This document shows positions 38,809 through 53,229 of a DNA stretch of 64,000 nucleotides, one piece after another. How positions within the stretch are numbered: position 1 is the stretch's first letter; each line of letters begins with the position of its first letter. The notes below the pieces were generated by a model. It searched no databases. It was not told the origin of the DNA and saw nothing but the letters and a program-made list of their open reading frames with translations. The DNA comes from Octopus vulgaris. Lineage: Eukaryota. Position numbers and translations under genes: made by a program. The stretch lies in contig OX597816.1 of assembly GCA_951406725.2 (NCBI GenBank), forward strand, positions 97,464,001-97,528,000, given 5' to 3'.

Positions 38809-39233
38809 TTTCTTTTATTCTTTTACTTGTTTCAGTCATTTGACTGCGGCCATGCTACAGCACCGCCTTTAGTCGAGCAAATCGACCCCAGGACTTATTC
38901 TTTGTAAGCCTAGTACTTATTCTATCAGTCTCTCTTGCCGAACCGCTAGGTAACGGGGACGTAAACACACCAACATCTGTTGTCAAGTGATGTTGGGGGA
39001 ATAAACACAGACACACATGCACACACACACACACACACATATATACACACACATTTACATACATATATACGGCAGCCTTCTTTCAGTTTCCTTCTACCAA
39101 ATCCACTCACAAGGCTTTGGTCGGCCCGAAGCTATAGTAGAAGACACTTGTCCAAGGTGCCACGCAGTAGGACTGAACCCGGAACCATGTGGTTCCTTAG
39201 CAAGCTACTTACCCCACAGCCACTCCTACGCCT
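38809..39233 (-). mobile_element. Full-length tRNA-derived SINE with internal (TG)n
   Basis: Minus-strand head GGAGTGGCTGTGGGGTAAG (A box) and GGTTCAGTCC (B box), body, and tail GACTGAAACAAGTAAAAGAATAAAAG. Fragments also at 14708, 15960, 34290 and 57850. Confidence 0.8.
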
Positions 39234-40534
39234 ACGTCTCTGTATAAAGTAATAATAAATAAAACAGTTTTCTGGATAGGTTTGCAGAATATTGCATAGT
39301 CGATGGAAGCCTGTTTGAGCATTTACGAGTTTAAATATACTAAAATAGAAATAAATCGTTCAGTGTATACCTATATTCTGACCACCTTCTATATATCCAT
39401 GAATGCATACATACGTACTAAGCATACTCACAGACACACAAATACTCACACACACACGCTCGCTCGCAGACTTACACACACGTACATTGAGTGAGAAAGA
39501 TAGAAATAAAGATAGACCAACAGATGTACACGCGAAATATATACATTAAGATGATTCTATCTAAAATTTATATTATGCTATTTAGTTGTCTGCACATTTA
39601 CTATAAATTTTATCCGATAAATTTCCTAAGTTTTGTCTGTTGTTCGTGTTTTTTCTTTCCTATTAGTCTGTTCAATCCTCGGTTCTCATATCTATTACAC
39701 ACCCAATATTCATTTTATGAAAGGTATTTATTTTTATCTTAATATATATTATACACATATCGTATATATTTTATCTAAATATGGCAGCTAGACGGTGGAC
39801 GTGTAATATATTCCATATAATTTCTAATACAAATGCAACAACAATAATGCTGTTTTGTTTTTGTGCACAGATTATTTTCTCCTTTGCTTTAAAGTCTATT
39901 ACAAATTTTAAAATAATATTTATTTTATTCTTAGAATTTATTCTTCTGTAAAGCTATTCGGTTATAAATGTAAATAATAAATAACTGAAAGAAAAAAGAG
40001 AGAGAGAGAAAGAAAAGGAAATGCATTAGAAAGAGGTATCGATTAGAAATTAAAGCGCTACTAAATGATATTTTATAAAATTTTATTGCAGCTATACATA
40101 CATGTATATGTGTTTGTGTGTGTGTGTGTGTATAAAACAATATTATCACGAAGGATTTTTACCGGCATCAAAAACATGCTTCGTCTTGCATAATGTATTT
40201 ATCACAAGCTTGAACGATTCCACGTGAATATATATAGGACAATGGCACTAAATCACTAAAACATTTTCCCAAATCTCGTTTATTCGGCGCTCTGCTCACT
40301 GTATGTCATTCAAAATATCGTATATACGTAGACCAATTGTTTTTTTAAAAAAAACCCAGATATAACGAAAATTTCATTTACCTAAAGCAACAGTAATATT
40401 GTGACAAATCACTTTGAAATCAATTCCACAAATCCGTTCGGTAGTATTTAAAATACCAATTCTCCGTCAATACTTTCAGCTACCTTGTGTTATATGTTCC
40501 ATTCATCTTCTAATGTATAGTATAGAGTTCAGTG

Positions 40535-40612
40535 ACATATCCGCCGCTTAGGTTCTTAGCATCTATACATATAACATATCCGCCGCTTAGGTTCTTAAGC
40601 ATATATACATAT
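40535..40612. repeat. 39-bp tandem duplication
   Basis: ACATATCCGCCGCTTAGGTTCTTA(A)GCAT.TATACATAT occurs twice. Confidence 0.9.
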
Positions 40613-42185
40613 GATTCTATGATAAGATCAGCAACAGGAAATCCTGGCTTGTTGTCGAGATTTAATACAAATATTTCGGATTTCTTCTAATAATGGCTCC
40701 TTCCCGCCGCCCTTAGACATTCTAGATTAGCAGTTAAATCACCTGCAAGCCACATGTTACTGTCTTAAAGTAAGGATTGATTCAAAAATATAATCTGCAA
40801 ATACATGAATAATCAAATCTGAAATGCTGTAGATTGTAATCTCTGTTGAATTATGTGTGATTGCTGGCTAAATAGCAACAACAAACACGATATATTTGGT
40901 CACTATAAGGTTTGAAATTATCATTTTGGAGAAAGACAAGAATCCAATGATTGGTCTAATTAGGTGACGGATACAGTAAATTAGAGTGAGAAAAGCAACT
41001 GCAAATATTGGATCCTGGTATTTTACTTCCTTGCCTGAATGTGATCCTTGATGGTGTTTGGTGAATAGTAAGAGAAAGAAGGAAGGCGTAATGCTTACAA
41101 CACACAAATCCTCTCCCTTTCAATGAGTTTGCTTATAAATAAAAAGCCCTTGGCAAGATACGATAGCTCAATTACTAGTCCTATCCTTACGCAACCTAGA
41201 GGATCATGCGGATTTTGTTTACAGGGCATTGCAACAAAACAGTAATAAGACCAGATCTATATTGCAAAAAGTGATATTTTTATTTATTTTTACATTAGTC
41301 AAAGAGCTGGATTGATCAGGGTTAAAAATCAGTTTTACATCAGAATTCAATGTGCTGTAATGTCTTTATTGATGTTGCTAATTGAACAAACCTATCACAG
41401 ACATACCAGCTATGATCATATCGTTTTATTCCATAATACGTTACGGAATATATAATCTGAATGAGATATGGATTCTATTTATAGTAGGCCAGGTGAATAT
41501 GGAGAGATTACCTGATTTTCCTTAAATATGACTTCGTTGTTGTTGTTTAGCCTGCAATCGAACCTAAATGAGCAGATATTCAATCAACATTTCTACGCCT
41601 GGTTACTCGAGGTTTTGTAGATTAGAGCTAGATCATTTAATGTGTCCTTACTTTCAAATAGTAGAATATTCAGAAAATCCTATTATATTTTTATACATAA
41701 ATATTAGGAATTGTATGAAATATTGTTAACATTGCTAAATTGTGTATGGTAGAAATATAAACCAATATATTGACTGTTGCCCATTTTAACAACATCTTAT
41801 ATGGATCCAAAATGGTCATACGGACTCCATTTAAGAAACATTGTTTTAGATGAATGGAATATCTAACACACAGCGTCTAAAACTATTGATAAAGAATAAT
41901 TTTATCACGTTTCACAGATCGGGCTATTCATTAAGGAATCTGGTGGATTCATTTTGGAATGATGCTGAGTGAAAGAATCATTACAACTTCTCCATAAACT
42001 GTAAAAGATAACTAGTGAAAATATTAAGCTTCAGACATTTTAAAAATACTGAATAGTCAGTAATGTGGAGGTGGATGTACAGTTGCGTTTGAGGGGAGGA
42101 GGGTGTATATTGTTCTCAACAAAAAGTAATTCTTCTGATTAGTTGATAGACCTACGAGAAATACTGGTCTAAACTTTTGGTAGAA

Positions 42186-42312
42186 GGCTAGCAATTTTCG
42201 GAGGAGGGGATAAATCGGTTATATCGACCCCAGTGCTCAACTGGTATTTATTTTATCGGCTTCGAAAGGCAAAGTCCCCTTCCGCGGTACTTGAAATCGG
42301 ATCATAAAGCCA
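42186..42312 (-). mobile_element. SINE fragment (family of 15658-15887)
   Basis: Similar to 14440-14565 (AGCAATTT.GG.AG.GGGATAA.TCG...ATCG.CCC....CTGGTA.TTATTTTATCG). Confidence 0.6.
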
Positions 42313-43347
42313 GAAGACCTGTTAGAAATATAGACCAAGTATCCTACAGATCACGTCAATCGCATCAAGATGGGGGAGATATTTGGTAAAGTAGCTGCAG
42401 ATGCATATTATCCGACAGAAGGTCAGAATAGTTATGGTTGAATCGATTTTATCAGTTTTCCTTATATCAGAATTATCCAGAGCTAAACATCAACAGCAAA
42501 AACAACAGCCGCAACAAAAACAACAACAATAGCCAAAAAGCAACAACAAAAAAGACAGCAAAAACAAATACGTCACGAAAAACAAATTACAACTGTACTA
42601 TAGCAACACGATAAAGACTGCACTAGTCTTTGTGATTTGATAAATTCATGTCCATATAGACGTACATCATGAAAGTTATTCGAATTATCAGATGATATGT
42701 AAAGTTAACAAAGTTTTTAAGTAGAGGCTATTGGGACTGCTTGACAAGAAGTGACATTCAAATAACGAGATTTAACTCCACCATGTATACGATATTGCAT
42801 CATCACTTACGTATATTAACTCTACATGATAATCTCTCGTTATTAACACCAGTGGAATATTAACCTAGCGTGGAAATGAAGAGTATTTGGTAGTCTTGCA
42901 AAGTGTTTTCATTTTTTCCAGGGTTAGTATAGAATCTGTTTTAAAGAAAGATTCATCTTTTATCTGTCGTATCAAATGGCAAGAACCGCTCTTATGGATT
43001 CCTTATTATTTGAATGAATCCCTTAGTCTTAGCACGCGCGCACATACACACGAAGATACAGACAAATAAACGTATATGAACACATGTTCAGATCCACGCA
43101 ACTCTTTCATACATACACACACATAAATGCATGCACACGCGCACACACACACACACACACACACCTAGCATTGCACTTGAGTTACATGAAAGGTTGGTTT
43201 CCGTGCGTCTGTAGGAGGCATTTCCCTCATAAAGACCTTGGATTATTGATTGCAAGTTTGCAAGGCTAGAAAACGAGTAGCCATTAAAAGAGAAAGAGCG
43301 AATGCGAAAAAGAGCGAGAGAGCGAGAGACAGCGAGAGAGAGAGAGG

Positions 43348-43379
<32 letters not shown>

Positions 43380-44428
43380 CAGAGGCAGACGGTAACTCAG
43401 AGAAATAGAAAGAGACGGAGAAAGAGAAAGAGCGTGACGTGAGAGAATTCTGAATATAAAATCTATTTAAAAGACAGTAGATATCTCCTTTGAAAACACG
43501 ATACAATCGAACGCATACAAGGCACACAAACTCACAATGGCTCTGACTACAATCATGCATTCTGGTCGATTAGCAAGTTCACATTCAAATACGTAATTAT
43601 ATATACAAAATTACATGAATACAACTCATACACATAAACACTCACATGCTTACAGCAGTCAACCCACGTAAACGAATGCATGCATACACATGGACGTAAA
43701 TACTGTGAAATCTTGTATTTATTATATAGTGTAAGCATCAGAATGGTGTAACCAGAAATATCTCCATTTACCTGCAGGCCTTAGCATTTATATTCAACAA
43801 AATCACCCCACCAGTTGCATATCAATCAATTTCTAATAACAATTTATCGTATAAACGTGTTTCTCTCTGTCCAAACATTCTCATGCATCATGGCCTTTAT
43901 ATGTATAATAAATTTCATGGAAATATTCTATGACTACAGTAATTTGCTTAAATGTATTCCAACCGATATAGAATTATCTCCTAGTGTTATTTCTAATCCT
44001 TAGCTCCTTCCTTATATCCAGAACTCAGCTTTATAGCACTGATTTATTCTAGTGAGATATATTTAGATATATGAACGACATCCTCACACTGGTAGTAGTA
44101 GTAGTAGTGACAGTAGTGGTAGTACATTGTTGGTTTTGTAGTTTAGTTTCAGGTAAGCACTGATCAGTCAAATGCATTCCATTCTAGCCGTGATAAGCTA
44201 AATATCTTTCCCATGCACCGAAAGTGACCAAGTCTATTACTCAATATGTCGTCTTCTAAGAAGGAATGTGTGAGTGAAGGAGTTGTGACTGCTATTTCCA
44301 GCAATGTGAACGACCAGATGGAGGGTTGTAGTTGTTTGTGCTGGTAGCATTTTTATATCTTTGTTTATGTTGTTGAACTTGAATATTCCGAGTCATTTTG
44401 TCATTGTAGCATTATTGCTGAGTTGTTA

Positions 44429-44626
44429 TACGAGAGAATGCTCAAAAGTTCATGGCTTTAGAGTATTGTGTAAGACCTGGTTGGAAGCCCAACGTTCAGA
44501 CTTCTTTCATAGGGCTTAGAAAACTGAAGGAGCGCTGCAATAAGTGTGTGAATCTGAGAGGAGAATATGTAGAATAAAATTATAATTTACTGATCCTCCT
44601 GTATTTTCTTTCAGCACCACCTCGTA
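44429..44626 (+). mobile_element. Mariner-derived MITE
   Basis: TA-CGAGAGAATGCTCAAAAG / TTTCAGCACCACCTCG-TA ends. Interior retains the transposase C-terminus GLRKLKERCNKCVNLRGEYVE*. Confidence 0.8.
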
Positions 44627-45312
44627 AATATTGTAGAAGAAACACAGAAATTCAGGTTCCTTAGTACCTTCAATACGATCATTTACTACAATAATCAAAG
44701 CCTATGCTGCATGATGGTGAAAACGTCACTCCTATAACACAACTACTTACAGCTCAGTTATGTTCTACGTGATATGTATTTACAGAAGATTGAGTTTGCA
44801 GTCAGCGTTATCGATGGCTATACAGGCAGCCTATACTGACTACTTTCCTGGACCAGCCAAGAAGATACGTGGAATGAATATCCAGTGATTTCTAAACTAA
44901 CGATACGTGTTGCGCCATACTCCAATATAAATATGTAAGGTGACAGGAGATAGACAAAGAGAGAGAGAGTGAGAGAGAGAGAGTGAGAGCGAAAGACCGA
45001 GGGAAAAATAGAGAGAGAGAGAGAGAGAGAAAGAAAGAAATATTCTAATTGAGAATCAGAACCAAGTAGAATAATTTAACCAATAAAAATTTTATTGTAA
45101 TCTGTAGGGAACAACCAGTGCATAATAAAAATATAGCTTTTAAAGACAGAATGATAAGCAGGAAATCAGTAAATAAACGAGTGAGAGTTATTGTTTTTGC
45201 ATCCTGTTGAGTGGAAATTTGCAGAGAACAGTTTTGATATTTCAACAATTTGTAATTGCTAAAGTGAATTGTAGTAAAGCTGGTGAAACAGATGCAGCAC
45301 ACACACGCACGC

Positions 45313-45391
<79 letters not shown>

Positions 45392-45456
45392 TATACACAT
45401 ACAAACACACATACACATTCACCACATGCACAAACCCACACATTAGTACTTATATA

Positions 45457-46700
45457 TCAGGTCAACCCATAAGTTCTGTCCGATTTTACATTTTTTTAAA
45501 AATTGAATGAAATTTAATAGTATTTCAGAATGTCTAATGGAATTGAAAATTATTTTTATGCATTTGTTTATATTTAAACTAATTAAATATTATTTTACAG
45601 AATAATTGAATTAAAATTTCTTTGATTAAAACCCTTTCTAACATGGAAGTATTCAAAGAGCATTTGAGGCACATAATGTTTCATGAGTATAAAAAAAATA
45701 AACTCTGCAGCCGAAGCGACTCGAGACATACACTGAGTTTATGGGAAAGAATGCTTGAATGCAAAATTCAGAAGTGGAGATTTTAGCCTTTAACATGAAG
45801 ATCGAACACGACGTCCAGTTGAGTTTGATGATAAGCTCCTTGAGGCATTACTTGAAGAAAATCCTACATTATCAGTTGAAGAATTGGCAATAAGGCAACT
45901 GTTCATCGTCATCTTCAACAACTTGGAAAGGTTCCTAAACTTGGAAAATGGGTGTCTCATGAATTGTCCGAAAGCAACCCAAATCCCTAGTTGACTACTC
46001 TTCTCTCCCTTCTTGCGAATTCATTTCACCCATTTTGGATAGACTTGTGACTGGTGACGAAAAATGGATCTTCTATCGAAATGTTAAACGTCGTAAACAG
46101 TGGTTTGGTAAAAGGGGAAAAGCTCAACCACAACCGAGGAAGGAACTTCATGGGAAAAAGGTTCTTCTCTCTATCTGTTGGGATTGCAAAGAGTAATTCA
46201 CTTTGAATTGTTACCATCTAATGCAACAATCAATGCTCAAGTGTAATGTCAGCAATTAGAGCGTTTGAACCAAGCTTTTAAGAAAAAAGACCCGCTTTAG
46301 TGAATCGAAAACGAGTGATGTTTCATTAGGACAATGTGCGACCCCTCACTGCAAAGATTACATCATAGAAGATCGAAGAGCTTGGCTGGGAAAAAATTCA
46401 TCACCCACCTTATTCTCACGACTTCGCTCCTTCAGACTACCATTTCTTTCGTAGTTTACAGAATCATTTAGGGAACATAAATTTCGCAAGCTAGGAGGAG
46501 GTTGAAACTGACACTTCAGAGTTCTTCGCTTTGAAACCAAAAGAGTTTTACATTGATGGGATTAAAAAGCTTGTAAATAGATGGAAGGAAGTCATAGATA
46601 ATCAGGGAAAATACATTGATAATTAATTTCAATTAAATATCACATTTGATCACTAGTTTTCTTTATCTATAATTTGGACAGAACTTATGGAATGACCCGA
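45457..46700 (+). mobile_element. Full-length defective mariner transposon
   Basis: TIRs TCAGGTCAACCCATAAGTTCTGTCC / GGACAGAACTTATGGAATGACCCGA with TA on both sides. Broken ORF 45643-46626 with WVSHEL, VTGDEKWIFY, DN and HPPYSHDFAPSDYHFF. Confidence 0.93.
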
Positions 46701-46768
46701 TAGACGCACACATGCATACATAACACACACATGCATATATACAAACGCACACACATATACATACGTAA

Positions 46769-46801
<33 letters not shown>

Positions 46802-47101
46802 TATAGTTTTTAACTCTTATTTCTAGAAATGTAGGTGCTTCGGCACCCTCAGTCACATTTAGTGTCGATTAAAATTTTACTTTATTGTATTATATTGTGC
46901 CTAGATGTTTATATATTATTATTTTTTAATGTACGTACTAGCATTTCGCTAAATCAGTGATAATTTTTGGGGGTAAATATCTATATACTGGCAGACGGAG
47001 CTAGCCAAGCAATCGATAGCCTGAGTAGTGTTTACTGATGATGCTTACAAAAGAGGCAAACGAGATGGTAATGGGACGGTTACCTCCCTTGTCAACACAC
47101 G

Positions 47102-47184
<83 letters not shown>

Positions 47185-47462
47185 GGCCAAGAAGCGGTTT
47201 GTGAGTTGCACTCATGATCGTTAGATCGTGGTTCCGGTGACCGGGTGGTGCGTTGTGTTCCTGAGATAAACGCTTCATCTCACGTCGCTCTGTCATCACT
47301 TCATGTAGTACATAGTGTAACTGTTCAGACAACGTCGATTTGATGGAGAGAGTGAGCTAATACGTAGCGCGAACATTTGATCACTATAAACAAATTATTT
47401 GTGTAGGTCGATTTGGCGAAAAGCAGAATGCTCATACGTCGTCTTCGACGGGAGAATCCATC
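47185..47462 (+). mobile_element. Degenerate tRNA-derived SINE
   Basis: 5' part resembles the 60743 SINE (CATGA.CGT.AGAT.GTGGTT...GACC..G.G..GC.TTGTGTTC.TGAG..AA..CTTC.T.TCACGT.GCTCT). Confidence 0.55.
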
Positions 47463-50130
47463 ATATATATGTATATATGACAATTTTTTTGAGTGTTTGA
47501 AAATACATCTTAATCTCAAAACGTGTAGTCGTTTTTAAAAATCTTGCTTATCAATTTCGTTTCGACAATGTTTTGCATATCAATGGTAAAAATATATAAA
47601 TAACGTGTTTAGGAGAGCTTAAAATTACAAGGTAAAATTCGAAAAGACAAGTTTAAACGATCAAACGTTCAAATGTTCATAGAAATTTCAATGAGTTTCA
47701 GTTATATATGTTTAAATTTTCGACGAAGCTCATAACAAATATTCATAATTGAATGTTCAGTCATATTTAGTTTTTATTAAAAAAGTTGGAGCGGGGAGAC
47801 GGAAAAAGATGAGGAGAAATGGGTGTTTATTTCTTGTGATCTTTATCGAACATTTAACGCTCTTGTTAGAAACACAAAACTGTTACTTTCATTACAAAAG
47901 AAGAGCTACAACTCTACTGGCCCAACGTCTGCTGTCTTATAACCCTCACATCTACCACAGAAAATGTGATGACTGCAGCCGAAATTCCTTGCATTTACAA
48001 ATACTTTTTATCTTGAAACCTAATTTGTGATTATCAGCACCACTTTCATAACGCAAGATATATAGGAGACCTACTATACCACGTGAATCTTCAAACCTGA
48101 AAACTTTGGTACTAATTATGTCGTGTTCAAAATCAACGGATATTTAGATCATAATTTGTACGAAATTCTCCTGAGAAAGTTTTCCTACTCATGTGGTCTC
48201 TTTGATCGAAGATTTTTTCGGCTTGAACGCAATGTGAACTGACAGATGTCTCTCGTACTCTTCATAAATGTATTGGTCCAAGATATATCTTTGAAGGCAC
48301 GCAAGTGGTGTCTTATATTTCCCTTACACTGGCAAATAAAGAGTGTTAGGAAAACAGCATGAAAAGGAAGGAATCTTCTCCGTTAAAAAAAAAAATACAA
48401 CAATCACTAATTCATGTTCCACGTATATAGACGCACGCACAGACACCAACAAACACGCGCACATACACACAAACTCGCAAATATATATAATTATATGTAT
48501 ATACGTGCGTGTGTGTGTGGTATGGTCAGATAGTTATTGAGCTCTGTGTGTTTAAATTTGACGGCGCATTTGTATACAGTAATTTTGTGGGTAACATCAA
48601 TAAAAAATTGGTAGGCTTAGATCTCGCTAAATAAGTACTTAGATGTTCTGTCTCTATATTTGGGGTACAATTTTAAAATATTTATTTAGAAGCATTTTTC
48701 AGCATGTGCCTCAATAAAATGACTACCCTAGTCACGATAAATAATTACACGTCATGAAAAGCTTCTTCCCTTTGTAAAATACTGGAATACACTTTCAATA
48801 TCTCGAGATTTATGTTTCCTTTGCTCTCTTTGAGATTCATACTAATGCATTTTTCATGATGTATTTCTCATCTTCACACAGATTCATGCCAAGTAAAACA
48901 GAAAGTACAAACAACAACAATAACAACAACAGCAGCAGCAAGCGGCAGCTGCAGCAACAAAAGCAACAACAAATGTATTAGGTCTTACTATGTTTTACTA
49001 AATATATATAGAGCATAAAATATTTTGTGCGATTATATTGAAACATTTTCGACACACAATATGTATGTGTGTACATATGTATGTATGTGTATGTATGTGT
49101 GTGTGCGTGTGTTTGTGTGGTATATATGTATATGTGTATGTATATATTTATGCTTGCATACACATACAAACGCACCCACACACATCCCTTCACTTACATT
49201 CACATTGTATTCTTCGATATATGAATATAATACATACATATAAACATACGTATGTGTTTGTGTGTGTGAGTGTGTGTGTGTGTGTGTACGTGTGTGTGAA
49301 TATTAAATTATCGGGAAACGAAGACTTGTGAGATCACAAACATTATTTCTTTCAGCCATGCCGAGAGTCTCAAAGACTTTAAAATATTGTCATTTCACGT
49401 CACCGGAACATTCCGTCTATCTGGCTGCCATATAAAATAAAAAAATGATAAAAACGCCATACATTTGGCGTCAGTTGTCTATTTGGTTTTCATTTTGCTG
49501 CACCGATTTCAGATAAATGATTTACAACAGCAAACATGAAGATTTAGAAGATAGAATAACAAGGCTTTCTTGATTTATTTCATGTGTTTGATGTTTATTC
49601 TTCTTCCTTTAATGATTTCCTATTTATCATTATAAAAGAGAAATCGTTTGATGCATGTTTTCAGTTCTCTTATTTTATCTTTTCCCTACTTCTCTTGGAT
49701 TTGAATATTATTTAATAGATTAAATATGAAAGACTTCAGGAAGATATATAGAAGATTTCTCTGAAACAGACAGAAGACGTTCCGTTTGTATCTCACAATG
49801 AAAGGAGTTTTTATGCTGGACATGGCTTTCAGAATAGTTAGAGAGTTCATTCTAGGGAATGATAACAAGAAAGAATCGAATCATAGTCTCAAAATTTATT
49901 TGCCAGCTGTTTTGCCTTTCACATGGAACGAAAGTTTTAGCAAGAAAATATTACATTAATACGAAGTGCACTTGAAGATGAAGGAATACACACACACAAA
50001 GACACAAACATACAGACACACACACATATACGCAAACACATACACATATTAACACGCAAGTGCATACATATATATGTATATGAATGTGTGTATGTATGTA
50101 TATATATATATATATGTATACGTATATGCA

Positions 50131-50164
<34 letters not shown>

Positions 50165-50243
50165 TGTGTGTATATATATATACGTATGCATATATATATA
50201 TATATATATACACATCCTTATACACACACACACATACACACAC

Positions 50244-50330
<87 letters not shown>

Positions 50331-50341
50331 TCATACATACA

Positions 50342-50388
<47 letters not shown>

Positions 50389-50915
50389 TCAAAATAAGCA
50401 ACAAGAATATCTCCAGTAATTTAGTACGATCGTTCACGGTACATCATTTTATTAAACATTGTAAGTGTTACAAGAGTTTTAAAATGTTGAGCAATCATCA
50501 GCCATTTATAGAGGTTTTCCTTCAATACATATACTTATTTCCATGTTAATTGATAACATTATAAAGAGGGTAAATATTCAGATAGAGATGTTGATTTGAA
50601 TGTTAAGAACATTAAGGTATTGGAATTTATCTTCTGACTGAAGATTTTCTTTAAGTTATTTTGATCTGGTAGAAAGTGGGGAGGGATATTCGGTACTTAA
50701 GTACCAGAATATGGTACTGACTTAAGTACCATATTCATTTGAATCTAAATTTTGCTGAACTTATATATATATTCATCCCGTAGGACTTCTGACATTAACC
50801 ACATGATTGAGATGGGCTAGAAGATGCAATGTATAACCGGGAAATGTACGTGTACATTGGTATCTAAGGGCGAATTTATCAGTGGGTATTTTTCTCATTT
50901 ATATATTAGTAGTAT

Positions 50916-50973
50916 ATTCTACTGAAGATAGTCGAACAATTTTTGCAGGACATGAAATCTCGAGGTATAGAAT
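50916..50973 (+). ncRNA. Type I hammerhead-like motif (stem II weakened)
   Basis: Stem I ATTCTA/TAGAAT, CTGAAGA, stem II GTC/GAC with mismatched closing pairs, GAA, near-palindromic ATCTCGAGGT, GUA triplet. Confidence 0.65.
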
Positions 50974-51145
50974 TATCCAAACTTTTGCTTATTTTCTTAC
51001 TGATTCAGTTGTGTTTGTACATGTGGTTGAATATAGAGAACAAATTTTAGAGTGGATTGTAAGTATTTGACATCTACTGGTAGCGCAGACGCTGGTTATC
51101 TCCAGTAGCTCTTAACTATAGTAACATTTTTATAATTATATACGT

Positions 51146-51218
<73 letters not shown>

Positions 51219-51221
<3 letters not shown>

Positions 51222-52340
51222 CTCATTGTCATTTTGAGAGCTTTGGGAGAGGGCTCCAATATTGGTGTCTCTGGAAAGTTACTACAATGGATCAAGTGTT
51301 TCCTGACAGGCAGAATCAAACATTTTGTAGTCGAAGGAGTAAAATCAAGACCAGCCAAATACAGTAGTGGTGTCCCACAAGGCACTGTGTTGGGCCCATT
51401 TATTTTCATCATCTACATCTCTGACATTACTGACACCATGAAGCACAGTAGCATAAGAATCTTTGCAGATGATTCTAAGATCCAGATGGCTATCAATTAA
51501 TGGGTGACCGGGCATGCGTTCAGTCAGATCTGCAGGCTGTCATCTAATGGGTGGAAAAGAATAGCATGTTGCTGAATTAGGACAAATTTGAGTTGATCCA
51601 CTTCGGAAAAGAGGATACCCAGAAACTCCGATACTCCCTTCCTTCAGGTGAAATCCTCATGGTATCCAACAACATCAGAGACTTGGAAGTAATTGAGGAC
51701 AACATAAGCTGGACCGCTCATATAAACAACAAAGTTGACATGGCGCGCCGAATGTGTTCCTGGATTCTCAGAACTTTCCAGTCGAGAGATATCTACAGTA
51801 TTATCTTTCTCTTCTGTACTGTTGCCCGACCCCACCTTGAATATTATTGTTCACTGTGGTCTCCCCACACGAAACAAAGTATCATGAACATTGAAGCACT
51901 TCAAATGTCAATCATAAAACAGATAGCATGAAAGGCCTTGTCTACTGGTGTCGACTAGAAAAGCCAAAGCTTTATTCTCTCCAACGCCACCATAAGCGCT
52001 GCATCTGCTGCATGGTGTGGAAAGTATTCCATCGGCATTGCCGAAATGATATTGGCATCGCCTTTAAGACACACCCAAGATTTGCACTCCGTGCTGTCCG
52101 CCCATAATATAGATCATACTCGCATCACATATACGGCACAAATATTTCACCTCATTTAGCCCCGCTCTCTTTAACATTACACTATAACACATTAAGGCAG
52201 AAACAGACCCCATAAAGTGTAAGAAGTTTTTGGACAAATGCCTTCAAACTATCTAGGATAAACCGCCTACACCATGTTATGTCTCCATAAACAATAGCTC
52301 TCTCCGCGAGTGAGCCATGTTGTCAGATCCCTGATTTGAA
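51219..52340 (+). mobile_element. 5'-truncated CR1/L2-group LINE, RT C-terminal half, degenerate
   Basis: WIKCFLTGR, SGVPQGTVLGPFIFIIYISD, IFADDSKI and RPHLEY..LWSPH, with stops and frameshifts. Confidence 0.88.
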
Positions 52341-52417
52341 TGGGTTCGCCAGGTCTGCTATCAGAATATCAAGGTATATATACATACATACATAAATACA
52401 CACCCACACACACGCAC

Positions 52418-52471
<54 letters not shown>

Positions 52472-52476
52472 GTGTG

Positions 52477-52507
<31 letters not shown>

Positions 52508-52691
52508 GTATGTATATGTATGCATACATATTTCAAACAATTGATAGGGAAGACGGAATGTACTGTAAACTTTCTTTCGGCTTTCATTTCCGTTAATGGA
52601 TTTGTGAACTATAAACGCATGCATCATGCAAAGACTATGCTGCCATACATCGTAGCTAAATGTATATATATAATAGTGTAACGTATCATGT

Positions 52692-52796
52692 TGGCTGATG
52701 AGTTTTCGTCGACCCTATGGGGTGCATTGGATTTCAATATATCGTTCCCCACCCAGGAAGGAGTTGTGCAGTTGTAGGCCGAAACGATCGGCGTGC
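52692..52796 (+). ncRNA. Degenerate type I hammerhead-like motif
   Basis: CTGATGA at 52695 and GAAACGATCGG at 52781 (palindromic CGATCG; the U of NUH is lost). Stems poor. Confidence 0.35.
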
Positions 52797-53037
52797 TAAA
52801 TAAAGCTTACTGTAAGCTCTGTCTTCCCTATTAGTTATTTAAAATGTGGTGAAATTGCACTGATTAATTCTCTACGCAGATCCTGCGATCAAAATGTAGT
52901 ACCGCAGATGAGGCTTTGTAACCGCAAGTGACGAATGTTCTCCCAAGGCACACTACTAGGGATATACCCAAATGAAGCTTTGGAGTCTTCTACATTTTAA
53001 AGTCCTCTATCTAATCTTTAATTTTAGCAATCACCTG

Positions 53038-53099
<62 letters not shown>

Positions 53100-53194
53100 A
53101 TCCAAACATGAAAGCACAAAAAAAACACAACAACGAAAGGACATGGAACAAATATAGTATTATTGGACGCTCAGGAAAAAAGGAAAGAAGGAGG

Positions 53195-53229
53195 GTTTAA
53201 CGTTTCGAGCGGAGCTCTTCGTCGGAAAC
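53195..53229 (-). ncRNA. Minimal type I hammerhead-like motif
   Basis: Minus strand: GTTT-CCGACGA-A-GAGC-TCC-GCTC-GAAACGT-T-AAAC. Stem I GTTT/AAAC, stem II GAGC/GCTC, ACGT palindrome. Core position 4 is C rather than U. Confidence 0.6.

Noticed and set aside
40535-40612. Resemblance of TCCGCCGCTTAG to the 28S 5' end, or a CRISPR-like repeat
   Set aside because: Only about 12 nt of similarity. Two adjacent copies without a spacer make a simple tandem duplication.
47032-47072. CTGATGA-TGCTT..AGGCA-AAC hammerhead-like string
   Set aside because: Lacks the G of GAAA and has no convincing stem III or NUH.
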